Assembly (NCBI GenBank): GCA_027486795.1
Contig: JAIXOI010000040.1
Location: 10,972-74,971 of the forward strand
Direction: 5' to 3'
Origin: Sphingobacteriales bacterium
Lineage (GTDB): Bacteria > Bacteroidota > Bacteroidia > Chitinophagales > CAIOSU01
Length of the DNA: 64,000 nucleotides
In this document: in pieces, positions 20,328 to 28,721 of the stretch
Position numbering within the stretch: the first letter of the stretch is position 1
How the letters are laid out: each line of letters begins with the position of its first letter
Made by a program: the position numbers and the translations under genes
Notes under the pieces: model-generated
Databases searched by the model: none
What the model was told of the DNA's origin: nothing
The model's input: only the letters and a program-made list of their open reading frames with translations

Positions 20328-21692
20328 TTAGATTATCTCAAAGTACCTTTTCAGTTCCCAATCGGTAACTACTTTGGCAAACTGGCGCCACTCCCAATCG
20401 CGGGTAGCAGTAAAGTGGTCAACAAACGGTTTGCCGAACAGTTCTACTGCTACATCAGAGCTTTTCATCGCAGCCGTAGCTTCGCCCAAGTTGCGCGGCA
20501 ACGTACCGAAACGCTTATCGGCATAGCCATTGCCCACGCTATGTGGTTGCTCAAGCTTTAAGCCATGTTTAATGCCGTACAAGCCCGAAGCTAAAGCAGC
20601 GGCCATGCATAGGTATGGGTTTACATCGCTGCCCGGTACGCGTGTCTCTAATCGCGTAGATTTCAGGCTACCCGGCAATGCGCGCAACGCTGTAGTGCGG
20701 TTATCCAACCCCCAAGTAACGGTGGTAGGTGCCCAAGCGCCCTCAACCAAACGCTTGTAACTATTAATGGTAGGGGCAAACATGGGCAATATGTGCGGCA
20801 AGCAATACAACTGGCCTGCCATGTAGCTGCGCATAACATCGCTCATGTGGTGCTCGGCGTTAGGGTCGTAAAAGGTATTTACGCCATGTTGCCATAGGCT
20901 TTGGTGCACGTGCCCGCTGCAACCTGGCAAATCGTGGCGCCACTTGGCCATAAAGCTCGGCATAATGCCATGCTTGTAGCCAATCTCTTTAGCGCCCGTT
21001 TTGAACAATACGGCACGGTCGGCTGCTTCTACTACATCTTCGCTGTATAGTATGGCGGCTTCGTAAACGCCAGGGCCAGTTTCGGTGTGCAAACCTTCAA
21101 TCGGCACATCGAATTTTTCCATCAAATCGAATAAATCGTTAAAGAACGCCTTGTTTTGCGAGCTACGAATCATGGAGTAGCCAAACATACCCGGGGTAAT
21201 GGGCTGTGCGTTTCGGTAGCCTTTTTCCTCTAAGCTCTGCGGGGTTTCGGCAAAGTTGAACCACTCAAATTCTTCAGCAAAGGCAGCCGTGTAGCCCATT
21301 TCTATGGCACGTTGCTTTATCTGTTTCAGTAATCCGCGTGGGCAGATAGGCAGTATTTTGTCGTCTTCGCTACAAAAATCGGCTAAAAAGAACGGTAGGT
21401 CATTGTCCCAAGGCACTTTACGGAAGGTGCCCATGTCAATTTTGGCATTGGTATCGGGGTAGCCTGTATGCCAACCCGTAAACTCGGTATTGTCGTAAGC
21501 AGCATCTTGCGAGTCCCAGCCCAGCACCACATCGCAAAATCCGAAGCCCTTCTCTAGTATAGATAAAAACTTGTCACGGCGCATGGTTTTGCCGCGCAGT
21601 ATGCCGTCAATGTCGGTAGCTGCTACTTTCACCTTGCCATCGGCATGGTTGTTTACATGCAATAGTGCCTGTTCTTGTTTGGGGTGGGTCAT
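20328..21692 (-). CDS. glutamine synthetase family protein (gamma-glutamyl-amine synthetase-like, PuuA/GlnA4 type)
   Basis: 454 aa with a GS catalytic-domain pattern (GCSGHVHQSLW, NSYKRL, E.R.PG.D.NPY). The start overlaps the permease stop (ATGA at 21689-21692). Confidence 0.8.
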   Translation of the reverse strand: MTHPKQEQALLHVNNHADGKVKVAATDIDGILRGKTMRRDKFLSILEKGFGFCDVVLGWDSQDAAYDNTEFTGWHTGYPDTNAKIDMGTFRKVPWDNDLPFFLADFCSEDDKILPICPRGLLKQIKQRAIEMGYTAAFAEEFEWFNFAETPQSLEEKGYRNAQPITPGMFGYSMIRSSQNKAFFNDLFDLMEKFDVPIEGLHTETGPGVYEAAILYSEDVVEAADRAVLFKTGAKEIGYKHGIMPSFMAKWRHDLPGCSGHVHQSLWQHGVNTFYDPNAEHHMSDVMRSYMAGQLYCLPHILPMFAPTINSYKRLVEGAWAPTTVTWGLDNRTTALRALPGSLKSTRLETRVPGSDVNPYLCMAAALASGLYGIKHGLKLEQPHSVGNGYADKRFGTLPRNLGEATAAMKSSDVAVELFGKPFVDHFTATRDWEWRQFAKVVTDWELKRYFEII

Positions 21693-23053
21693 GGGTGGGT
21701 GGTATTCTTTTTCGATTCAACGAACACAAAATAATAAACATACGCCACAGCCAAAAGGCCAACGTAAATGAGTGCCAGTTGGGGGTTGTAAATGGTCATG
21801 GCAATAAGCGATACCGTGGCAATAACCAACGCAATAATAGGAAACAACGGGTAGAGTGGTGCCTTGAAAGGCCGCTCTAGGTTGGGTTCTGTTTTGCGGA
21901 GGCGCAGCAAGGCTATCATGCTTACCATGTAAAGCGTGAGTGCCCCGAAAACCGCAATGGTAATAATCTCGCCGGTTTTGCCCGTAAATAAGGCTATTAC
22001 CCCAATTACCATATTGAAAACAAGCGCATTGGCGGGGGTGCTAAATTTAGCGTTCACTTCGCCCAAAACCTTAGGTGCGAAGCCTTTTCGGCCAAACTCA
22101 AACGTGCTGCGGCCCGCGGCTAAAATGATGCCGTGAAACGAAGCCACTAACCCAAACAATCCAATGGTAATGAGCAAATGATACAGCCAATGGTTTTTAT
22201 CGTAAATCAAGCCCAGCGCAAGGGGCAAGGGCTTATCGGAGGCTTCGGTGCTGCCGGGCTCGTACACAATGGCTTCCCAACCGGCTACCCCAATGGACGA
22301 AACAAACACCAGCAAACAAAGTACCACCAACGTAAATATGGCCGAACCAAAACCAATGAGCACGTTGCGCTGCGGGTTGATGGTTTCTTCGGCTACATTG
22401 GCAACGCCCTCAATGGCCAAAAAGAACCAAATAGCAAACGGTATGGCCGCAAATATGCCACCATAGCCATTGGGCAATGGGTTGTGCGTGAGGTTCGCCA
22501 TCTCAAAACTGGGCAAGGTAGCACCGCAGAAAATGAGCAGCTCTACTACCGCTATCACGGTTACAAACAGCTCAAATATAGCCGCATTGCGCACCCCTGA
22601 GATATTGAGCAGCGTAAACACCACAAATGCCGCTGCCGCTAGGGCCTCAATGGGCAGGGGTACATAGTCGTGCAGGTAGGTGCCTATGGCTATGGCAATG
22701 GCGGGGGGCGCAAAAATAAACTCGATGTTTTGCGCTATGCCGCCCAAAAAGCCCCAACGCGGCCCCAATGCCCGGGTGGCATACTCAAATGCACCGCCAG
22801 CCCTGGGTATGGCGCAGGCCAACTCGGTATAGCTAAACGTAAACGTTAGGTACATAACAATAATAAACCCCGTGGCAATGGCCAGCCCAAGCGTGCCACC
22901 AGCCGGTAGGCCTAAGTTCCAGCCGAAGTACATGCCCGAAATAACATAGCCCACGCCCAGCCCCCAAAGCATCAATGGGCCAAGGGTGCGTTTCAGTGCT
23001 CCGGTAGCGTGGGGTTCGATTATTGGTTCGTCCAACGGGTTGGGTGGTTGCAT
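21689..23053 (-). CDS. APC-family amino acid permease, ethanolamine-permease-like
   Basis: About 12 TM segments. The N-terminal LKRTLGPLMLWGLGVGYVISGMYFGWNLG resembles the Eat/EutP family as I recall it. The substrate is not certain. Confidence 0.75.
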   Translation of the reverse strand: MQPPNPLDEPIIEPHATGALKRTLGPLMLWGLGVGYVISGMYFGWNLGLPAGGTLGLAIATGFIIVMYLTFTFSYTELACAIPRAGGAFEYATRALGPRWGFLGGIAQNIEFIFAPPAIAIAIGTYLHDYVPLPIEALAAAAFVVFTLLNISGVRNAAIFELFVTVIAVVELLIFCGATLPSFEMANLTHNPLPNGYGGIFAAIPFAIWFFLAIEGVANVAEETINPQRNVLIGFGSAIFTLVVLCLLVFVSSIGVAGWEAIVYEPGSTEASDKPLPLALGLIYDKNHWLYHLLITIGLFGLVASFHGIILAAGRSTFEFGRKGFAPKVLGEVNAKFSTPANALVFNMVIGVIALFTGKTGEIITIAVFGALTLYMVSMIALLRLRKTEPNLERPFKAPLYPLFPIIALVIATVSLIAMTIYNPQLALIYVGLLAVAYVYYFVFVESKKNTTHP

Positions 23054-23212
23054 AGCAATAGTTGGTGGTATAGTAAATGCAGCGGGTTGGTGAATTTAAT
23101 GAAAGAAAAGTGAAATGACAGATGACTAATTAGAAATGTGCAATTAGAAATGAGAAATGCCAGATGGTAAGATAACAAATGGCAGAAAAGGTGGGGCATT
23201 TACGCAGAAATG

Positions 23213-23536
23213 CTAAATGCCCTCTATCAACTTGAGTAACTCACTCTCCGAAATACTGTCTTGTTCCGATTTATCGTAAATACTGAGCAGATAAACGGTT
23301 TCGTCTAAAACCAATACGTAGGTAATTACCCGAGCACCTCCCGATTTCCCTTTACCTTTGGAGGTAATGGCCATGCGAACTTTATAGCAATTATTGCCAA
23401 GAGCCGTTCCTTGTTGGGGGTTTTCTATTAATAGTTCGCCAAGTTCTTGAACATCCGCCTTTATGGATGCGTGTTTTTTTGATAGTTTCTTAAGCAACTT
23501 CAAAAAACGTTCGGTAATAACAATCTTAAAGCTCAT
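23213..23536 (-). CDS. RelE/ParE-superfamily type II toxin
   Basis: 107 aa with KGKSGGARVITYV...YLLSIYDKSEQDSIS, typical of this toxin class. It overlaps the upstream small gene by 11 nt. Confidence 0.7.
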   Translation of the reverse strand: MSFKIVITERFLKLLKKLSKKHASIKADVQELGELLIENPQQGTALGNNCYKVRMAITSKGKGKSGGARVITYVLVLDETVYLLSIYDKSEQDSISESELLKLIEGI

Positions 23537-23732
23537 CCAAACCCTCTTTTAGGGTCCGAAGCTTTATTTTCCCAGCCTTGTGCAGCTTCACTTCTTCCAC
23601 CGAGGCTTTCAGGTCTTCCATCAGTTCAGCTTTGGCTTCGGTTAGCTTTTTAGCTTTCACAAAAGGCAAGCTTTCCAGCAATTCCATTACAAATGCTGCT
23701 TTGCTGTCTTTTACGTCTAGTAATATTCTCAT
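23526..23732 (-). CDS. putative cognate antitoxin
   Basis: Small acidic/helical protein (MRILLDVKDSKAAFVMELLESLPFVK...) overlapping the toxin start. I place the start at Met22 of the ORF-track frame. Confidence 0.5.
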   Translation of the reverse strand: MRILLDVKDSKAAFVMELLESLPFVKAKKLTEAKAELMEDLKASVEEVKLHKAGKIKLRTLKEGLDEL

Positions 23733-24066
23733 GGCACCGGTATTAATAAGTAAAACGACATTGCCCCTAGTATGCTTCAAGGCATTCTCTAACAATAATA
23801 CAAATTTTGTTATACTGGTTCAAACCACAGGCAATAATGGGAATTACACTTGGTTATTCATTGGCCAGAACCTCTGGTTCTCCGCTTAAGAGCTATGCCT
23901 TTACGTAAGCCACCGGTGCACAAGTTGCTTTCGCAACCATTTACACTAATTTACGGAGCGTTTTTATTCTTGCAAAATATAAACTCCATTTATTTTTTGG
24001 TAAAAACGCAAATGGTTGATAGTGAGGGATAAATTTTTCGTTTTGCTTAGTAAATGCCCCAAAAGC

Positions 24067-24411
24067 TTACGCCTTCTTCAAAAATTCCGATTTTAAGGCC
24101 AAGGCGCCAAAGCCTGGTATTTTGCAATCTACGTTATGGTCGCCCTCAGTAAGCCTGATGTTTTTTACTTTGGTACCCGCTTTAATAGGTATAGGAGAGC
24201 CTTTTACGGGTAGGTTTTTGATAACGATAACCGAATCGCCGTTTTGTAGTTCATTACCATTGGAGTCGAGCACTACCAACCCACTTGGCTCATTGCTTTG
24301 CTCCGTTGGGATCCATTCGTGTCCGCACTCGGGGCAGGCATATTGCGTTTTGCTAGTGGCATATCCGTATGGCGATTTACATTGCGGGCAAGGTTTCATT
24401 TCATCTGGCAT
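24067..24411 (-). CDS. phnA: zinc-ribbon protein YjdM/PhnA
   Basis: CPQC...CPEC zinc ribbon followed by the conserved C-terminal SH3-like part (GD.V..IK.L.VKG....K.GTKVKNIRL..GDH..DCKI). Confidence 0.85.
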   Translation of the reverse strand: MPDEMKPCPQCKSPYGYATSKTQYACPECGHEWIPTEQSNEPSGLVVLDSNGNELQNGDSVIVIKNLPVKGSPIPIKAGTKVKNIRLTEGDHNVDCKIPGFGALALKSEFLKKA

Positions 24412-24671
24412 AGCGCTGGGGCTTTTCTACGGGTTATAAGCAAATCTACTATGCGCCCAAAGGTATTGTTTTTTGTGGGTTAAATATGGAGTTTGATAAA
24501 GTGATAGATGTCAGTTGGTTTGAACCATGATTACGAAAAGGATTGACGGATTCCTGCCTGCCGGACAGGCTGGGGGAAAGGATTTTCACATAATGCGGTA
24601 AAATCCTTTTTCAATCAAGCTAATCAGGTGAAATCAAGGTTCTAACAATTGGTGGGGCGTCTGCGGAAGCT

Positions 24672-24739
24672 GGCGTGTCACTCTGAGTCTCGTTTCAAAC
24701 GAGATCGAAGAGCGCGCGCGTGGGCTGTTGAGACGAGGG
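24672..24739 (+). repeat. diverged copy of the tcatcctgag...cgaag..gcgcgcg repeat family (with an inserted hairpin)
   Basis: The sequence is ggcgtgtcactctgagtctcgtttcaaacgagatcgaagagcgcgcgcgtgggctgttgagacgaggg. The tail resembles the extension of the 18429 copy. Confidence 0.6.
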
Positions 24740-24906
24740 ATAAAGCCTATTATTTTGCACTTGTTTAAATGCGTATCCCAAATTTACTACTCATTCGTTT
24801 TTCCGCTATGGCGGAAAGCGAGGCGCAGTCTCTAAGCATTAGTTCCACGTAGGCGCAGCCTAGGCGGAGATGGGGACGAGCGGGGGAAGAAAGAATAAAA
24901 AAAAGA

Positions 24907-25413
24907 CTATAAGTTAATTAATAAAGATATATTAGTGTTTGGGTTAGTATACAAGTTTAAGTTGCGCTTATTCCAAGGGGTTAGCTCACTTCTCAATAAG
25001 ATATCTTCCAACTGAGTTATACTTGATTTTATATCCTTAATTACGGGCGTATCAAAATTGATTAAGATTAGGTTAACTGCTTTTATCATTTCTTCAGAAG
25101 CTTCTATTAAGTTAGGCTCGTTTATCTCTAGTTTATTGTTATTGCAATAGGCCTTAAGTAGACTATTCATCCAAGCCCACTCCCTAAAATCAAGATGACA
25201 CGGAATCCTTTCAATAAAAGACCGCGATCCGCTTTTTCCGATATAGACTATTTTGTTATTAATCTTAAATATGTAAACACCATTGCCCGGAAAAATTGGC
25301 TTACTATCGTGAAATAGATAATGACTATGGGTCATGCTTTTAAGAGGGATACCTGACATACTATTTATTAAACCTATTAAGTTTTGCAAGCTTCTGCATT
25401 TTACATCTTCCAA
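24907..25413 (-). CDS. GIY-YIG-like nuclease domain protein (AT-rich island)
   Basis: GVYIFKINNKIVYIGKSGSRSFIERIPCH (GIY...YIG...R) and a distal EDILLRSELTPWNKRN (E...P.N) fit the GIY-YIG motif order. The start codon is uncertain. Confidence 0.5.
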   Translation of the reverse strand: MEDVKCRSLQNLIGLINSMSGIPLKSMTHSHYLFHDSKPIFPGNGVYIFKINNKIVYIGKSGSRSFIERIPCHLDFREWAWMNSLLKAYCNNNKLEINEPNLIEASEEMIKAVNLILINFDTPVIKDIKSSITQLEDILLRSELTPWNKRNLNLYTNPNTNISLLINL

Positions 25414-25525
25414 TTGTATGAGATAATTTTATTTCATAAATTATACTTATAATGTTAATGTAAAGACCCATTTTATTGCCGTCTTTAATGTATCGAGGAA
25501 GAGTGAGATTAAAGTTCAAATGCCC

Positions 25526-25561
25526 GTTTCATCCTCGTCCTGAGGGAGGACGAGTGCGAGG
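25526..25561 (+). repeat. hairpin-containing repeat-family copy between the two island genes
   Basis: The sequence is gtttcatcctcgtcctgagggaggacgagtgcgagg, with a ctcgtcc/ggacgag stem. Confidence 0.45.
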
Positions 25562-25572
25562 TTTTTCTTCTG

Positions 25573-26481
25573 TCAATACACCTTGATACCATACTTCAAT
25601 AATTTTTTCGGTAAGTGGTCGTCAAGGTTTGCGATGTCGATGTCGTCAAGTTCAATCAATTTCAAATCATATTTCTTGTAGATTTCCAATTTTATTTTTT
25701 TTCGTTCTAAATATTTTGGGTCGCTTTCCATTCCCCAAAATTCGATGTAAACTTTACCATTTGGTAAATAGAAGTCCGTATATAGCTCTTCTTCAATTGG
25801 AACTTTCTTTTCATAAGCGTGAACTAAGCCGTAGTCATAAAGAGTGTCGTCAATAATTACTTCAGCTCTTGAACGCACAAAATGCCCATCTTTGGTTCGG
25901 TGTTTAGCTTCAAATTTGTCCCGAAAATTGTTTGATGTCGAAACAGGTTTCTGCGTTTGTTGTTGCGGTGTCACCATTGTTGCAGCTTGTTTCGGAGTTT
26001 CTTTTTCAATTGATGTGTCATTGAAAACGCCAACTAAACTTTTGTTTTGTAAAATATCATCTGGCCATAAAACATAAGAACCACCCGAAGTTTCGTGTTC
26101 AAATTGTCTGCCGCCAACATTTTTACCAAGTTTTGTTATTGTCCAACCTGCAAGGTCTTTTTCTATCCATCCGAATTCCGACAAAATTAAATTCAGTCGT
26201 TGCGATGAAATATTGAAGTGTTTTCCAATTGCTGTAGCATTCAGAAATTTCGGCTTCTCTTTTTGCTGTCCTCCGTCAAGTGATATGTTTTCAGGCCAAA
26301 CAACAAACTCCCCGAACTTCGGGTTGTTTCGCGTCTGTCCGCCTTTTTGCTTTCCAAGTTCGGTTAAAACCCATTTGTCATTTTTTCTTTCAATCCAACC
26401 AAGTGCTTTCAGTTTGTCAAACAGGTCGGCTGATTTAATGTCGAGTTCGTTTGCAAGTGCTGATGTCGAAATGTATTCCAT
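25573..26481 (-). CDS. hypothetical protein: duplicated N-terminal putative winged-helix module + C-terminal restriction-endonuclease-like (PD-(D/E)XK-like) domain
   Basis: Two repeats of about 85 aa (..LGWIERKNDKWVLTELGKQKGG...VVWPENI and ..FGWIEKDLAGWTITKLGKNVGG...VLWPDDI). The C-terminus VRSRAEVIIDD..YE..TDFYLPNGKVYIEFWG..K...Y resembles Vsr/DUF559/DUF2726-type folds. This is recognition from memory only. Confidence 0.45.
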   Translation of the reverse strand: MEYISTSALANELDIKSADLFDKLKALGWIERKNDKWVLTELGKQKGGQTRNNPKFGEFVVWPENISLDGGQQKEKPKFLNATAIGKHFNISSQRLNLILSEFGWIEKDLAGWTITKLGKNVGGRQFEHETSGGSYVLWPDDILQNKSLVGVFNDTSIEKETPKQAATMVTPQQQTQKPVSTSNNFRDKFEAKHRTKDGHFVRSRAEVIIDDTLYDYGLVHAYEKKVPIEEELYTDFYLPNGKVYIEFWGMESDPKYLERKKIKLEIYKKYDLKLIELDDIDIANLDDHLPKKLLKYGIKVY

Positions 26482-26790
26482 ATATTTTATTATTGTAGTG
26501 TTTTTTTAATTTGTCACTTGTTGCCTCCAAATGTTATTTATTTTTTGTTCAAATGGTCTTTTAAATACCCCGTTCCCCTCCTCGTCTTATTATTTTTAGA
26601 CAAGGATGATAAGCACCTTCCGTCTCCAGCCTGACAATAAAACAGTTTAAAAACCCATGCTAATATAAAAACAAAAACAATCAACAAGCCCACCATATTT
26701 GCTACTCGCTAGTTTACACCCCAATCCACCCCAAACAAACTTCACTACCCAAAGCCTTGCCGTTTGCCCTCGTTGCGCTACATTTGTGGT

Positions 26791-28572
26791 ATGAAGCCCC
26801 AAAACATGCTGCACAAATTTTTGGTGTGGCGCGCACGGCATTTAAGCCTTACCCATTTTACCCTTATGCTGGGGGTGTTGGTGGGCGTAGCCTCGGGCTT
26901 GGCAGCCGTAGTACTTAAAACATCCACCCACTTTATACAAAAACTACTCACAGCCGAGTACAATTTTGACCCGTTCAATTACCTCTACCTGGCCTATCCG
27001 TTGGTGGGTATGTTGCTCACCACGTTGTTTGTGCTGTACCTCAACCGCGGCAAATTGGGCCACGGCCTTACCAATATTATATACAACATAGCCAAAAAGG
27101 GCGCTAACATTGAACGCGACAAAACCTATTCGCATATGGTTACCAGTGCGCTCACGGTGGGGTTCGGTGGCTCGGTGGGGCTAGAGGCGCCTATTGTTAC
27201 CACGGGTTCGGCCATTGGTTCAAGCTTGGCACAGCTGTTTCATTTGAGCTACCAAAAACGGGTGTTGCTTATTGGTTGCGGCGCTGCCGGGGCCATAGCT
27301 GGCATCTTCAACTCGCCCATTACGGGTGTGGTGTTTGCCTTAGAGGTGCTCATGATTGAGCTTACCGTGCCCTCATTGATACCATTGCTGTTGGCGGCAG
27401 TTACGGCCACGGTTACCTCACGATTGCTTATAGGCGAGGATATATTGTTCAATTTTGAACTGAACGAGGCCTTTGCCATAAGGGATATACCACAATACAT
27501 AATGCTGGGAGTTATTGCGGGTTTTGTATCGGTTTATTTCTCACGGATGATAGGGCGCATTGAGTTTCCGTTGCTCAAAATAAAGAACCGATACAAGCGC
27601 ACGCTCATAGGCGGCAGCATACTCGGCATTATGATATTTTTGTTGCCACCCCTGTATGGCGAGGGCTACGAAACCCTAAAAGTAATACTCACAGGCCACC
27701 CCGAGCAGGTGTTGCAGGGCAGTTTGTTCCACAATTTCCAAGACAATGTGTGGGTAGTTTGGGGCTTTATGCTGGTGCTGGTGTTTGCCAAAGTAGTGGC
27801 ATCGTCGCTTACCATTGGCGGTGGCGGCAACGGGGGCGTGTTTGCCCCGTCGTTGTTTACGGGTGGTTTGCTGGGTTTTGCTTTTGCGCGTTTTAGCAAC
27901 CTGTTGGGTGCCTCGCACACCGTATCCGAAACCAACTTTGGCTTGGTGGGCATGGCAGGTATTATAAGTGGGGTAATGCATGCGCCGCTTACAGGCATCT
28001 TTCTGGTGGTAGAGATAACTACCTCGTATGAGTTGATAATACCGCTGATGATAGTATCGGGCATAGCGTATGCCACCGTGCATTACTTTGAGCCGCACTC
28101 TATATACACCAAACAATTGGCCATGAAGGGCCACCTTACCAGTGGCAATAAGGATAAGCAGGTGCTTACTTTTTTGCAGATGGGCAAGGTAATAGAAACG
28201 GATTTGGTGACCGTGAAACCGGACGACACCTTGGGCCACCTGGCCGATGTGATAGCCCATAGCCACCGCAACATATACCCTGTGGTAGATGACGACCAAT
28301 TGCTTACGGGTATAATAACGCTGGACGATGTGCGTGAAATCATGTTTCAGCGCGATAAATATGATACCGTGCGCGTAAAAGACTTAGCGCACTCGCCGCC
28401 CGCCACGATTAAGGTGGGCGATGAAATGGAAGCCGTAATGGCCACCTTTGACGAAACGGGCGCCTGGAATTTGCCCGTGGTTGAAAACGGCAAATACGTA
28501 GGTTTTCTATCCAAATCGAAGATATTTAGCAGCTACCGCCGCTTGTTGGTGAATCAGGCCAAAGAGGAGTAA
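26791..28572 (+). CDS. ClC-family voltage-gated chloride channel with C-terminal CBS pair
   Basis: GSVGLEAP, GIFNSPITG and GGNGGVFAPS selectivity-filter-type motifs, plus two CBS-like segments at the C-terminus. I place the start at MKPQNM (the ORF-track start is 26764). Confidence 0.9.
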   Translation: MKPQNMLHKFLVWRARHLSLTHFTLMLGVLVGVASGLAAVVLKTSTHFIQKLLTAEYNFDPFNYLYLAYPLVGMLLTTLFVLYLNRGKLGHGLTNIIYNIAKKGANIERDKTYSHMVTSALTVGFGGSVGLEAPIVTTGSAIGSSLAQLFHLSYQKRVLLIGCGAAGAIAGIFNSPITGVVFALEVLMIELTVPSLIPLLLAAVTATVTSRLLIGEDILFNFELNEAFAIRDIPQYIMLGVIAGFVSVYFSRMIGRIEFPLLKIKNRYKRTLIGGSILGIMIFLLPPLYGEGYETLKVILTGHPEQVLQGSLFHNFQDNVWVVWGFMLVLVFAKVVASSLTIGGGGNGGVFAPSLFTGGLLGFAFARFSNLLGASHTVSETNFGLVGMAGIISGVMHAPLTGIFLVVEITTSYELIIPLMIVSGIAYATVHYFEPHSIYTKQLAMKGHLTSGNKDKQVLTFLQMGKVIETDLVTVKPDDTLGHLADVIAHSHRNIYPVVDDDQLLTGIITLDDVREIMFQRDKYDTVRVKDLAHSPPATIKVGDEMEAVMATFDETGAWNLPVVENGKYVGFLSKSKIFSSYRRLLVNQAKEE

Positions 28573-28608
28573 TCCGATGCGTTAACCAATGTTATGTATG
28601 GTGGGGTC

Positions 28609-28616
28609 TATATTTG
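28609..28616 (+). promoter_or_regulatory. candidate -7 promoter box (TAnnTTTG) ahead of the ABC-exporter block
   Basis: tatatttg lies about 105 nt upstream of the ATG at 28722. Confidence 0.25.
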
Positions 28617-28721
28617 TACATGGAGAATAAAGGTTGTAAAAACAGGAATTTTAAATTACATACTCAATCGCAAGGCTAATTCATTACTTTTACCACAGGC
28701 ATTAATTGCTCGCAACACGCT

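Noticed and set aside
23796-24066. An intergenic stretch with a small hairpin (agaacc tct ggttct). I checked it for a tRNA or ncRNA, and also the 60-aa ORF at 23850..24032.
   Set aside because: I could find no cloverleaf, T-arm or conserved ncRNA motif, and the ORF has no coding character. No tRNA-like T-loop sequence was seen in any intergenic region of the window.
26603-26634. A possible reverse-orientation copy of the repeat family at the right edge of the AT-rich island (aggatgataagcaccttccgtctccagcctgac). If real, it would give the island inverted flanks like those of the GIY-YIG cassette.
   Set aside because: The sub-motifs occur in a different order than in bona fide copies and the similarity is weak. 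I cannot support it without a statistical alignment.
27666-28299. Antisense ORFs within the ClC gene (27676..28299, 207 aa; 27666..28076, 136 aa).
   Set aside because: The sense strand encodes clear ClC and CBS motifs, and the antisense products look random.
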